Source: Terrimicrobiaceae bacterium (lineage in GTDB: Bacteria > Verrucomicrobiota > Verrucomicrobiia > Chthoniobacterales > Terrimicrobiaceae). Taken from it: a stretch of DNA of 64,000 nucleotides. The stretch is from the NCBI GenBank assembly GCA_041752695.1, contig JBGSVZ010000027.1, forward strand, positions 80,119 to 144,118. The letters run 5' to 3'. Under the pieces are notes generated by a model that was given only the letters and a program-made list of their open reading frames with translations, did not search any database and was not told the origin of the DNA. A program made the translations under genes and the position numbers. Shown here in pieces: positions 18,701 through 28,574 of the stretch (position 1 is its first letter; each line of letters begins with the position of its first letter).

Positions 18701-20047
18701 ATGTCCCTTGCGATGGCCGCGATCCCTCTCGCCGCCGCTCTGGCTGCACCCAGCCCCTTGGAGGAGCACGGCTCTTCGCCCCGCCGCCCGGTTTCCGTGA
18801 CGGTCACGCAAAGCCCGAAAGGCTGGAAACTTCATCGGGCCGGACAACCCTATTTTGTGAAAGGGGCCTGCGTCTGGGGCGAGAACGCCCGCCTCGACGA
18901 ACTGCGCGAGGCGGGGGCCAACTCGGTGCGAACGTACCACTCGAAATACGCCCGATGGACCCTCGACGCCGCCGCCCGTCGCGGCCTAACGGTGCTGCTG
19001 GGTTACGAAATTAATCATCCGCACGACGGATTCAGCTACCTCAGCGAAAACGATCTCACGCGCCAGCGGGAAACGTTTTTTGCCCATGTGCAAAAACACC
19101 GCGACCACCCGGCCCTTCTGGTCTGGGCGATCGGGAATGAAGTCGAGCTGGGCTTGGATAACCCTGTGGAGCTTGAAGCCATGTGGAAAGAACTCAATTT
19201 CCTCGCCCGCCGCACCAAGGAAATCGACCCGCTTCATCCCACCGCGATCATTCTCGCCGGGGTGACGGATGAAAACCTGGCCGCTGTGGAGAAATGGTGT
19301 CCGGATGTGGACATCGTCTGCTTCAACACCTATGGCGGGCTGCGCAACCTTCCCGGCCGCCTCGACAAAGCGGGGTGGAAACGTCCCTACCTTGTCACCG
19401 AATTCGGCGCGCAAGGCTGGTGGGAAGCCCCGTCCACCCCATGGGGGGCACCGATCGAACCGACCAGCACCGAAAAGGCGAAGGATTATCTGGCCGCCTA
19501 CCAACACGGCGTGTTGGGCGACCGGCGGCGCTGTCTGGGTTCCTATGTCTTCTTCTGGGAACCGAAACAGGAGGCCACCGCCACGTGGTTCGGCATGTTC
19601 CTCCCGGGCGGCGAACGTCTGGGAATGGTGGATGCCATGACGCGCGCCTGGAGTCGCAGACCGCCGGCCAATCGCTGTCCCGAAATCCAAACCCTTGCGT
19701 TCACCAGCCCGCAGGATCGCTTTCTCCCGGGCGAACCCATTAGGGTGAAACTCGCCGCCTCCGATCCGGAGCGACAACCGCTCGGTGTGGCCTGGCGCAT
19801 TTTCGAGGAGGCTCCGGCCTTCACTCCCGCCAACGGCTACGAAACCGTTCCCCGCGGACTGAAGGATCAGTTCATCACGCCCACCGATGATGGCGCCATC
19901 TTCCCCGCGCCCGGTCCCGGGGCCTGGCGGGTGTTTGTTTTTGTCTATGACGGCAAAGGCAACGCCGCCACGGGCAACCTGTGTTTCGCCGTCTCGAGCC
20001 CCGAACCGGCGCCGATCGAGGTGGCGCCGGGAACGCCGGCGCCTTAG
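18701..20047 (+). CDS. Secreted clan GH-A glycoside hydrolase (GH2 TIM-barrel/GH158-like)
   Basis: GANSVRTY, WAIGNE (acid/base), VTEFG (nucleophile); signal peptide; start uncertain. Confidence 0.8.
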   Translation: MSLAMAAIPLAAALAAPSPLEEHGSSPRRPVSVTVTQSPKGWKLHRAGQPYFVKGACVWGENARLDELREAGANSVRTYHSKYARWTLDAAARRGLTVLLGYEINHPHDGFSYLSENDLTRQRETFFAHVQKHRDHPALLVWAIGNEVELGLDNPVELEAMWKELNFLARRTKEIDPLHPTAIILAGVTDENLAAVEKWCPDVDIVCFNTYGGLRNLPGRLDKAGWKRPYLVTEFGAQGWWEAPSTPWGAPIEPTSTEKAKDYLAAYQHGVLGDRRRCLGSYVFFWEPKQEATATWFGMFLPGGERLGMVDAMTRAWSRRPPANRCPEIQTLAFTSPQDRFLPGEPIRVKLAASDPERQPLGVAWRIFEEAPAFTPANGYETVPRGLKDQFITPTDDGAIFPAPGPGAWRVFVFVYDGKGNAATGNLCFAVSSPEPAPIEVAPGTPAP

Positions 20048-20170
20048 GCAAATTCGAAACGTCAGCGAGCTAGCTCCAAACCCATTGGCGCGCGGAGAGC
20101 GACTCCCGAGCCCAATGAACACCCCGCACGCCGCACTTGTGATGGTTGCGGTGTGAGCTACGGTGCCCAG

Positions 20171-21424
20171 ATGATCGCCCCGGCCATCCCGTCGAATGAA
20201 AAGGAACGCCTTGCCAGCCTGCGTTCGCTGGGACTGCTCGACACTCCGCCGGAGGAACGGTTTGACGCCATCACCCGGCTCGCGGCGTCCATTTTTGATG
20301 TTCCGATTTCTTATATCTCGTTGGTGGATGAGACGCGGCAGTATTTAAAATCCCGCATCGGCCTCGATTTCTGCGAGAGCGATCGATCGACGTCCTTCTG
20401 CGGCCACGCCATTCTGGAGAACGAACCGCTCATCATCCCCGACACGCGGGAGGACGAGCGGTTTGCCACCAACCCGCAGGTCACCGGACGACCCTTCACG
20501 CGTTTTTATGTGGGGCTGCCCTTGCGCGGTCCGGCCGGACACAATATCGCGACCCTTTGTCTGATGGACACCGAGCCTCGGGATTTTTCCGCCGTGGAGA
20601 TCACCCGGCTGAAACAGCTCGGGGTGATCGCCGAACGCGAACTGCATCTCGGCGACGTCATCCGCATGCAGGAGGATCTGCTCAAAACCAAGGATGCCCT
20701 GCTTGAAAGCCAGAAGCAGGTGGCGCAGCAAATGGACGAGGCGCTGGCTTATGTGACCTCGCTGCTCCCGGCGGATCTTAAGACGCCGATGAAAACGAAC
20801 TGGCAGTTCCTGCCGTCCTCGACCCTGGGCGGCGACAGTTTCGGGTTTCATTGGATCGATGACGACCACTTCGCCATCTACCTGCTCGATGTCTGCGGGC
20901 ACGGGGTGGGTTCGGCCCTGCTTTCCGTCTCGGCCATGAACGTGCTGCGCACGCAGACCCTGCCGGCCTGCGATTTTTTCGATCCCGCCAGCGTGCTGGT
21001 TGCGCTCAACCGCACGTTTCCGATGGAAGGAAACAACGGCATGTATTTCACTATCTGGTATGGCGTGCTTGAGGTTTCGACAGGCCGCCTGCGGTATTCC
21101 GCCGCCGGGCACCCGCCTGCCGTCCTCATCCGGGCTACCGGCGAAATGCAAACCCTGGGGGCGCCGGGGTTGCCCATTGGCTGTTATGAGGACGCGACTT
21201 TCGATGTGAACGAATCGATCTTCAGCCCGGGCGATCATCTCTACGTCTTCAGCGATGGCATTTACGAAGTCCGCATGCCCGATGACTCGATGGGCACCTA
21301 TGAGGATTTTATCCAGAATCTGAAGGATGCCCCGAGCGTCTCCGACATCGTGGCCAAAGTCCGCGCCTATCAGGCGGATTCGGCGTTTGACGACGATGTT
21401 TCCGTGCTGAAAATCGAGCGGTAA
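20171..21424 (+). CDS. GAF domain + PP2C/SpoIIE (RsbU-like) phosphatase
   Basis: ERLASLRSLGLLDTPPEERFD GAF; GGDSF, DVCGHG, AGHPP, SDG, DDVS. Confidence 0.92.
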   Translation: MIAPAIPSNEKERLASLRSLGLLDTPPEERFDAITRLAASIFDVPISYISLVDETRQYLKSRIGLDFCESDRSTSFCGHAILENEPLIIPDTREDERFATNPQVTGRPFTRFYVGLPLRGPAGHNIATLCLMDTEPRDFSAVEITRLKQLGVIAERELHLGDVIRMQEDLLKTKDALLESQKQVAQQMDEALAYVTSLLPADLKTPMKTNWQFLPSSTLGGDSFGFHWIDDDHFAIYLLDVCGHGVGSALLSVSAMNVLRTQTLPACDFFDPASVLVALNRTFPMEGNNGMYFTIWYGVLEVSTGRLRYSAAGHPPAVLIRATGEMQTLGAPGLPIGCYEDATFDVNESIFSPGDHLYVFSDGIYEVRMPDDSMGTYEDFIQNLKDAPSVSDIVAKVRAYQADSAFDDDVSVLKIER

Positions 21425-21440
21425 CCCGCCGCGCTTTCGC

Positions 21441-22034
21441 TCACGGCTCCCCCGGTTGAAAATTCAAATCGTGGAGCAGGCCGTCGGATAGCCCGTACAC
21501 CCAGCCGTGAATTTCCAGGGGCTGTCCGCGCTTGCGGGCGTTGCGGACGATGCTCGTCTCCTCCACGTGCCGGGCCTGGTCGAGAACGTTGAGTTCGCAG
21601 AGGAGGTTTTCCTTTTCGAGTTGGTCGAGTCCCTCGAAGCGTTTTGGCTGGCGGCGATAAATGGCGCGCACATGGCGGAGCCAGTTGTCGATGAGACCGA
21701 GTTCAGGATTTTCTATCGCGGCCCGCACACCGCCGCAGCCGTAATGCCCGACGACCATGATGTGTTCCACTTTCAGCACATCGACGGCGTACTGGACGAC
21801 CGAGAGGCAGTTAAAATCGGTGTGATTCACAAGGTTTGCCACATTGCGATGCACAAAAACTTCGCCTGGTCGCAGGCCAAGGATCTCGTTGGCGGGGACG
21901 CGGCTGTCGGCGCAACCGATCCAAAGGTACTTAGGCGTCTGGACCTCCGCGAGCTTTTTAAAAAAATCCGGTTCTTCCGCCACGGTTTGGGCGGCCCACT
22001 GGCGGTTGGTTTCGAAGAGATGCTGCAGTGTCAT
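21441..22034 (-). CDS. can: Beta-class carbonic anhydrase
   Basis: GCADSRV, FVHRNVAN, GHYGCGG. Confidence 0.95.
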   Translation of the reverse strand: MTLQHLFETNRQWAAQTVAEEPDFFKKLAEVQTPKYLWIGCADSRVPANEILGLRPGEVFVHRNVANLVNHTDFNCLSVVQYAVDVLKVEHIMVVGHYGCGGVRAAIENPELGLIDNWLRHVRAIYRRQPKRFEGLDQLEKENLLCELNVLDQARHVEETSIVRNARKRGQPLEIHGWVYGLSDGLLHDLNFQPGEP

Positions 22035-23206
22035 GAGATGGAGGTTTTTGTAGCAGGTTTCTTGCCGGGATGAAGGGTCATTGCTTCGCGATAGATGCCT
22101 TCGACCGCGGCGATCTGGCGCTCGGCGGAAAATTGTTCCTTCACGGAGGCGGACGCATTCTTCGACAGGGTCTCGAAGAGCGCGGGTGAGGTACCCAGTT
22201 CCTGGAGAGCTTCGGCGAGGGCGGGGGCGTCGCGTTCTGCGCAGAGCAGTCCGGTCTCTCCCTGGCGGACGACTTCAGGGATGCCACCGTGGCGAGTGGC
22301 CACCACGGGGAGCCCGCCAGCCATGGCTTCGAGCAGGGCGTTGGGCACCCCCTCGACATCACCGTCGGCGGTTTCGCTGGGGTGAAAAAAGAGGTGAGAC
22401 TCGCGGAAAAGATCCTGCAGGGCATCCTGGCCAAGAAAGCCGGCGAATCGCACGCGGTCACCCAGCCCAAGCTCGCCCGTGAGATGGCGCAGTTCCGCTT
22501 CCATCGGCCCCTCGCCGGCGATGGTGAAGGTGGAGGCGGGAAAACTTTTCGCAAATTCCGCGAAGGCCCGGAGCGCGGTGGTGAGGCCTTTTTTCCGCAC
22601 CAAACGCGCCGCCTGCACGATTTTCCAGGCCCCATCCTCCGGAGCGTGTCGGGGAACAAAAGAAATGTCCGGCACGACGGTGCGCATGAGGCGGAGCTTT
22701 TCCGCAGGACATCCGAGCCGGCCCACCGCGCCTGCCAGCTGTTCCGAACGGCAGGGCACCAGGGCCGCACGGTGAAAAATCTCCCGCACGGATTCCGCAT
22801 AGGCGGGCGTCGCCATCGATCCCGCCACATCGGAGCCATGAAAAGACACGACCACGGGAACCGGCGACTGACGAAGAAGAGGGAGCAGGTGGACGGCGAC
22901 ATTGCCGAAAAAAACGTGAAGGACATCGCAGTTTTCGCGCCGGATCACGTCCAGCGCGCGCCGCGCTTCGCTGCCGGAGATCTGCCACGGGCCGCCGGTA
23001 GATTTTTCCACCGCCCGCGCCAGAAATCGCCAGGGCGAGCGGGGGATCACTTCGAGGGCGTCCACCGTCCATTCGCCTTCGCGTTTCTGGGTCAGAACAA
23101 CCGGTCGAAAAGTCTTCAGCCCGCGGACATGCCGATGGACGTGCAACATTTCCGGCTTGAGAAACGTGGCGCAGAACAACGCCGCGCCGGGGTGGTCACC
23201 ACTCAA
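22031..23206 (-). CDS. GT4 glycosyltransferase (WcaL-like)
   Basis: SFHGSD, RLVRKKG, EGVPNALLEAMA, TRHGGIPE; TTG start at 23206 overlapping the upstream stop. Confidence 0.9.
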   Translation of the reverse strand: MSGDHPGAALFCATFLKPEMLHVHRHVRGLKTFRPVVLTQKREGEWTVDALEVIPRSPWRFLARAVEKSTGGPWQISGSEARRALDVIRRENCDVLHVFFGNVAVHLLPLLRQSPVPVVVSFHGSDVAGSMATPAYAESVREIFHRAALVPCRSEQLAGAVGRLGCPAEKLRLMRTVVPDISFVPRHAPEDGAWKIVQAARLVRKKGLTTALRAFAEFAKSFPASTFTIAGEGPMEAELRHLTGELGLGDRVRFAGFLGQDALQDLFRESHLFFHPSETADGDVEGVPNALLEAMAGGLPVVATRHGGIPEVVRQGETGLLCAERDAPALAEALQELGTSPALFETLSKNASASVKEQFSAERQIAAVEGIYREAMTLHPGKKPATKTSIS

Positions 23207-23495
23207 TGCCAAAAAGGATCCAGCCCGACGATTTGTACGGGGTGCCTGCTCCGGAGTCTCTGGAGACCATTTTTTCCCCACTGCCGAAGGAGGCTGGAGC
23301 CGCGGGATTCACGAGCTGCCAGGGTTTGCGGGTGACAAAAATATCTTTCACAATGCCTTCGACCGAAGGTTTGGGTGTGATGATCTCCTCGGTGATGATC
23401 TCCCTCTGTTCACCCTCGGGCGCGATAAAGTCCTGCGCCACCAATCCGCCTCCACCAGCAAAAACCATCGCCAGAATCAGCAGCCGTAATTTCAT
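23196..23495 (-). CDS. Small secreted hypothetical protein
   Basis: MKLRLLILAMVFAGGGGLVAQ signal peptide; ends in aromatic GWILFGIEW. Confidence 0.75.
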   Translation of the reverse strand: MKLRLLILAMVFAGGGGLVAQDFIAPEGEQREIITEEIITPKPSVEGIVKDIFVTRKPWQLVNPAAPASFGSGEKMVSRDSGAGTPYKSSGWILFGIEW

Positions 23496-23612
23496 AAGAT
23501 CCTCCATACCGATTTTTTGCGTCTCTGGCAAGTGTGGGCGGCGCGGCCCTTGCCGGGAGCGCCGCGCCATTGCCTTGGTCGCCTGCTTCTGCTAAAGCGA
23601 CCCCTGCCACCC

Positions 23613-23954
23613 ATGCGAATCCCGATTGACTTCCCGCTCCGGATCCCCGTATTCTCAGCGGTTGTAATTCTCGTGTCTGCCCTCCTCAACAACCCGCTTG
23701 ACGCGGAGGATGGTGGCGGGAATGGGGCGAGTGTCATCGTGGCTTACACCCAGGAGGCAACCTCGCAGGACATTACGAAAATTGAGGAAAAATACGGTCT
23801 CCAACTGCTAAAGGCTCTCGCTGCGGCGAATTCGCGCGTCTACCGCGCACTCCCCTCTCGTATCCAGGAACAAACGCTTCGTGCGCTTGGGTCGGAGAAG
23901 GCTGTTCGTTATGCCGAAGTCGATCAGGAAGTGACCACCAAAGAGGAAAAATGA
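23613..23954 (+). CDS. Secreted stand-alone subtilase prodomain-like protein (I9/fervidolysin-prodomain-like)
   Basis: Hydrophobic leader, then VIVAY...VRYAEVDQEV; ATGA overlap with the S8 protease. Confidence 0.65.
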   Translation: MRIPIDFPLRIPVFSAVVILVSALLNNPLDAEDGGGNGASVIVAYTQEATSQDITKIEEKYGLQLLKALAAANSRVYRALPSRIQEQTLRALGSEKAVRYAEVDQEVTTKEEK

Positions 23955-25714
23955 AAATGATCGCAAAAATCCGCCGCACTTCCGCGGCTCGTCGGCCCAT
24001 GGCCATCTTCACCTGCGCGGCGCTCGCCGTCTGCGCGTTCACCCTCCCCGCGGGGGCACAGGACACCGTTTTGATCGATGGGTTTGCCGCGGACCCGAAT
24101 ACCGTACTGGTCAAATTTGCTTCCGAAGGCGGCGAGTCCGCAATCGAGGGCAAAAGTCGCAACCCGAGGATCGCCAAAATCGCTGCCAAAATCCGTCGGG
24201 TCAAAATGTTCCGCAACCTTCGCCGCCAAGCCGTGATCGAGCTGCGCGAGGACACCACCGGCGACCGCGCCCTCCGCCTCCGCGAGCGTATCCAGGATTT
24301 GCAACAGAGCGGGCTCTTCGAATATGTGGAGCCCGATTACATCGTGACGAAAAGCGCCACTCCCACGGACGCGGCTTTCACGGATGGCCGGCTCTGGGGT
24401 CTCCGTAACACCGGCCAGAAAGGGGGAAAAACCGGCGCGGATGTGGAATCCGTCACTGCCTGGGACCAAACGACGGGCTCGTCCAACGTGATTGTCGGCA
24501 TCATCGACAGCGGCGTCCGCCACACGCATCAGGATCTCGAGGGCAACATGTGGTTGAACCCCGGCGAAATTGCCAACAACGGTTTGGATGATGATGACAA
24601 CGGCTACGTGGACGACATTCACGGTATCAACGCGATCACCGGCAGCGGCGATCCGATGGATGACGACGGCCACGGCAGCCACTGCGCCGGCACGATTGGC
24701 GCGACCGCCAATGATAGCGGCGTCCATGTCGGCGTCGCTTGGAACGTCAGCCTGATGGGGCTGAAATTTCTCTCCGCCAAGGGGTCCGGCAAAAATAGCA
24801 ACGCGATCGAGTGCATTGATTATGCCATCGAGATGGGCGTGGATGTCCTCAACAACAGCTGGGGCGGAGGCGGGTTCAGCCAGGCGCTTTTCGACGCCAT
24901 CACCCGTTCCCGTGAGGCCGGCATCCTTTTTGTGGTCGCGGCCAGCAACGAAGGCACAAACAACGACACCAAGGTTCGCTACCCCTCGGGTTTTGCCATT
25001 GCCAATATCATTTCCGTGGCAGCCCTCGATCGCACGGACAAACTGGCCAGCTTTTCGAACTACGGCGCCACCTCGGTGCATCTGGGGGCGCCGGGCGTGG
25101 ATATTTATTCCACCACGTCTGACAGTGATTCCTCGTACGATACGTACGACGGCACCAGCATGGCGGCACCTCATGTCAGCGGGGTGGCCGCACTGGTCAA
25201 ATCCAAATTCCCGTCCCTGACAGTCGCGGAGCTGAAAGCCCGCCTGGTCAACAACACCCGCCCTGTGACCGCCCTGAACGGACGGACCATCTCCGGCGGG
25301 GCGGTCAGCGCCAAACGCGCACTGGATAATTCGACGACGCCACCCGTGGAAGGCACGATCTTCACAGCGGGCAGCCTGCCGAAAAATATTCCCGACCGGG
25401 GCACGGTGACCTCGACGCTCAATGTCAGCGGACAACCCACTTCCGTTGCCCTCAACAGCGTGGTGCTGCAGTTGAATGTCTCGCACACCTACGTGGGCGA
25501 TCTGATCATTACGCTCCAGCCGCCGCGGGGCAGCGCGATCTCCCTCTGGAATCGTGCGGGCAAAGGTGCAAACAATGTGATCCTGAATCAGTCCCTCACT
25601 TCGACCAGCCGGATCAACCCCAACGGAACCTGGACGCTCACCGTGCAGGACCGGGCGGCGGACGATACCGGTGTGCTGAACAGTTGGAGCCTGGAGTTTC
25701 CGGCGGCTCCGTAA
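23951..25714 (+). CDS. Subtilisin-like S8 serine protease with C-terminal proprotein-convertase P domain
   Basis: IIDSG (Asp), HGSHCAG (His), GTSMAAPHV (Ser); HTYVGDL...GTWTL P-domain. Confidence 0.95.
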   Translation: MKMIAKIRRTSAARRPMAIFTCAALAVCAFTLPAGAQDTVLIDGFAADPNTVLVKFASEGGESAIEGKSRNPRIAKIAAKIRRVKMFRNLRRQAVIELREDTTGDRALRLRERIQDLQQSGLFEYVEPDYIVTKSATPTDAAFTDGRLWGLRNTGQKGGKTGADVESVTAWDQTTGSSNVIVGIIDSGVRHTHQDLEGNMWLNPGEIANNGLDDDDNGYVDDIHGINAITGSGDPMDDDGHGSHCAGTIGATANDSGVHVGVAWNVSLMGLKFLSAKGSGKNSNAIECIDYAIEMGVDVLNNSWGGGGFSQALFDAITRSREAGILFVVAASNEGTNNDTKVRYPSGFAIANIISVAALDRTDKLASFSNYGATSVHLGAPGVDIYSTTSDSDSSYDTYDGTSMAAPHVSGVAALVKSKFPSLTVAELKARLVNNTRPVTALNGRTISGGAVSAKRALDNSTTPPVEGTIFTAGSLPKNIPDRGTVTSTLNVSGQPTSVALNSVVLQLNVSHTYVGDLIITLQPPRGSAISLWNRAGKGANNVILNQSLTSTSRINPNGTWTLTVQDRAADDTGVLNSWSLEFPAAP

Positions 25715-25735
25715 GAGCGCCTCTGAAAATCCTGG

Positions 25736-25759
25736 AGGGTGCCGAGCCCTCGGCACCCT
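25736..25759. repeat. REP-like hairpin / possible terminator between convergent genes
   Basis: AGGGTGCCGAG-CC-CTCGGCACCCT 11-bp stem preceded by CTGG; similar CTGGAGGGT-headed hairpins at 52185-52210 (-) and 61581. Confidence 0.55.
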
Positions 25760-25933
25760 GGAATAAGTGCCACCATTGGGGGGTGCCGGGTTGCCTATAA
25801 AAATCGCCATTCGGGCTTTGCTACGCAAAGGCGGTACTCCTACGCTTCGATTCTCGACGCCCAGAAAGGCGAGAACTGAGGCGAAGGGGAAGCGCCGGAT
25901 TGGACCGCAGCCCGAAGGTGCGCACCCGGCGAG

Positions 25934-26431
25934 CTACCCCCGCTTTTCGACGCGTTGGTAAAATTCCTTCCAGCCTTCGCCGCCGGACGGACTCACCCAA
26001 TAACGGTTCGGTCCGTCGAAGGAAATCTCGATCCGCTCCTTCTCCCCAGAAACCGGCTCGCGCACGTCGATGACAACCGATTTTTCATCGGCCGCCGCCA
26101 CTTCGTAGGGCACGCTGATCCTTCGGGGACCGGCGCCGTCCGCAGGAGGGAATTCGAAGGTGAGGCGGGCGCGTTCGTATTTCAGGATGAGATCCAGATA
26201 GCGTGGGGCCGACTTGGTCCGGGCCACCATGACGGTTTTCGGAACCTTTTTGGTTCGCTTGCTGCGTTTACTCACCCGGACGGTTTCCACTTTGGTCACT
26301 TTCACCATCTCCACCGGCATGGGAACTTTGTGGGATTGCCAGGTGCCTTGCAGGCGGGGATCGCCCGAGGCGCACCCGGATAGCCAAAAACCGGCGGCGA
26401 GCAACGTCGCGAGACCCAGCAATTTCCCCAT
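25934..26431 (-). CDS. Hypothetical lipoprotein
   Basis: LSGC lipobox; Lys/Arg-rich internal segment. Confidence 0.75.
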   Translation of the reverse strand: MGKLLGLATLLAAGFWLSGCASGDPRLQGTWQSHKVPMPVEMVKVTKVETVRVSKRSKRTKKVPKTVMVARTKSAPRYLDLILKYERARLTFEFPPADGAGPRRISVPYEVAAADEKSVVIDVREPVSGEKERIEISFDGPNRYWVSPSGGEGWKEFYQRVEKRG

Positions 26432-26515
26432 GGCGCTGCACTATGCCACAGGAAGGATTTCCTTCAACCCTGCAATGCCCCGGCTAGACTCCCGTTTTTG
26501 AGCCCGCGAATTGCG

Positions 26516-27256
26516 ATGAAATTAAAACTGACCATTGCCTACGACGGCTTCCCTTACAAAGGTTGGCAAAGCCAACCCTTCCGGCTGACGGTGCAGGATG
26601 TGCTCGAAGACGCGTTGCGGCGCATCACCGGGGAACGCGTTGTCGTCCACGGGGCGGGACGGACGGACACCGGCGTCCATGCTCTCGGGCAGGGGGCGCA
26701 TATTGAGGTTCCGGAGCGATTCTCCGCGGACGGATGGCAGCGGATTCTGAATTTTAACCTCCCTCCGACCATTCGCATTATGCGTTGCCGGCGGGTGTCC
26801 GACAGTTTTGACGCCCGCCATTCCTCCAAGGGCAAGGTGTATCGCTATCTCATCCGGAACGACGATGTGATCTTTCCTCACGAAGCTGAACGGGTCTGGC
26901 TGGTGCCGGATCGCCTGGACTTTGGGCTACTTCGCGCAGCCTCCCAGATTTTTGTCGGGCGGCACAATTTTCGGGGTTTCGGGGCCAACAAACGTTCGCC
27001 AAGCCAGACGGTGCGCTCCGTCTCCCGAATCTCCGTGGTGACCAAAGGTTCACTGATTGCCCTGACTTTTACCGGGGAGGGGTTCCTCTATCGCATGGTC
27101 CGCATGATGACGGGGTCCATCATGCGCGTCGCCACGGGTCGGGAGGCTCTCGACGCCGTCAGACGGCGGCTCGAGGAACCGGGCGCCCCCCAGTGGGAGC
27201 ATGTCGCGCCCGCGCGGGGACTTTACCTCGTCAGAGTTCTTTACGGAAAGATCTGA
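26516..27256 (+). CDS. truA: tRNA pseudouridine(38-40) synthase
   Basis: IAYDG...GWQ, GAGRTDTGVHA, FLYRMVR, APARGL. Confidence 0.95.
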   Translation: MKLKLTIAYDGFPYKGWQSQPFRLTVQDVLEDALRRITGERVVVHGAGRTDTGVHALGQGAHIEVPERFSADGWQRILNFNLPPTIRIMRCRRVSDSFDARHSSKGKVYRYLIRNDDVIFPHEAERVWLVPDRLDFGLLRAASQIFVGRHNFRGFGANKRSPSQTVRSVSRISVVTKGSLIALTFTGEGFLYRMVRMMTGSIMRVATGREALDAVRRRLEEPGAPQWEHVAPARGLYLVRVLYGKI

Positions 27257-27368
27257 CGGGGGACGCTTTGAAGGAACGGGGCGATGAGAGCGGCCGTCGC
27301 GAAGTTTTGCTGCGTTGCTGCGGAAAGAGACTTGACGAAACCCCGTTTTCCGCTTTCTGTGCAACTGG

Positions 27369-27641
27369 ATGTCTGAATTTTCGCCATTTGCGCGGTTGCT
27401 CTCCCACGGGAAGCTGGTTCTTTGCGTGGGCGTGTTTGCCGTTTTTGGAGCGGGACAGGCGTTGGCTGGCATTGAAACTTCGCGGGACTTCCCTCTGGAG
27501 GAGGCCGGCCGTTCTTCCGAGAGTTCCGCCGATAAGGTTCTTGCGATGTATCGGAAGGATGTGGGGATTCCGGCCGAGCCGACGAAAACCTCCGTCAAGC
27601 CCTCCGTCCGCCGCGCTGCGGTCGTGACGGAGAACAAATAA
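27369..27641 (+). CDS. Small secreted hypothetical protein
   Basis: Hydrophobic leader ending in ALA. Confidence 0.55.
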   Translation: MSEFSPFARLLSHGKLVLCVGVFAVFGAGQALAGIETSRDFPLEEAGRSSESSADKVLAMYRKDVGIPAEPTKTSVKPSVRRAAVVTENK

Positions 27642-27757
27642 TCCGCGCGGCCGCGCCACTGGTAAAGCGGCGCCCGCCCCTTAAGGGAGTTCCCGTTTGC
27701 TGGGTCGGGTGAAGGAGATGCTGTTGCTTTGCCAGGAAATCCGGCGACGGTTCGGCC

Positions 27758-27988
27758 ATGACCGACCGCTCCACGTTTTCTCTTTCCGCGCCTGAACTGG
27801 CCCACACCCTGGAGCAGGGGGTTTGTCAGGATCTCGCTGCCATCACCTTATTTTGTGAAGCGATGGTGGGTAAGCTCCGCCTCCAGAAAAGCCCGCTGGA
27901 AAAGGATGCGGCCCGCGTCCGGGACCTTCTGGAACAAGCGAAACAGGATCTCCGACAAGTCTCTTGCACGCTGCAAAGACCGGACTGA
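27758..27988 (+). CDS. Stand-alone HisKA_3-like helical domain lacking the phosphoacceptor His
   Basis: ELAHTLEQGVCQDLAAI resembles the IARxLHDxxxQxL H-box; second helix ends DLRQVSCTL. Confidence 0.55.
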   Translation: MTDRSTFSLSAPELAHTLEQGVCQDLAAITLFCEAMVGKLRLQKSPLEKDAARVRDLLEQAKQDLRQVSCTLQRPD

Positions 27989-27998
27989 GCGGCTCCCT

Positions 27999-28574
27999 TT
28001 AGACCCGCTCCAGCTCGCGCCAGACCTCCCGATTTTCGCGGCCGGGATGGGTGGGCAGGGAGGTCTCTTCCCGGATGATCCGGAAGGCCGGGGAAAAAAG
28101 GCGATCAAGTTCCTCCCGCGTGCAGCCAAAGGGCGGCCCCTCCCCGTCGTGTCCGGGATCCAGATAGAAAATGGCCAGCAGACGCCCGCCGGGTCGGAGA
28201 AGGCGGGCGGCGGAATCTGCGTAGGCGCGGCGGTCCGAGGGATCAATGGCGCAGAAGCACGTGTGCTCAAAAAGACCGTCGAAGGTTCCCGTCCAGTCCT
28301 CGGGCAGATGAAAAAAATCCCCGGCGAAGTAGGTCTCACGGCCCACGCGGGGGTGGCTCTCGGCGGAGGCCACCGCGGATGGGGCAAGGTCCAGCCCGAT
28401 CACCTCCGCGCCGGTCCGGGCGAGAGCGCGGACGTCATGACCCGAACCGCATCCCGGGATCAGGACACGGCCCGGCAGGGAATTTTGATCCAACCAGGCG
28501 AGAAGCGCCGGATGGGCGCCTCCCTTTTCCCAAGGGGTGTCGCCCGATTGGTAGCGATTTTCCCAGTTGGTCAT
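27999..28574 (-). CDS. Thiopurine S-methyltransferase / halide-thiol methyltransferase family
   Basis: WENRYQSGDTPWEKG, VLIPGCGSGHD, EHTCFCAI, GPPF. Confidence 0.9.
   Translation of the reverse strand: MTNWENRYQSGDTPWEKGGAHPALLAWLDQNSLPGRVLIPGCGSGHDVRALARTGAEVIGLDLAPSAVASAESHPRVGRETYFAGDFFHLPEDWTGTFDGLFEHTCFCAIDPSDRRAYADSAARLLRPGGRLLAIFYLDPGHDGEGPPFGCTREELDRLFSPAFRIIREETSLPTHPGRENREVWRELERV

Noticed and set aside
23924..25828. 634-aa minus-strand ORF
   Set aside because: Shadow of the S8 protease, expected in GC-rich DNA.
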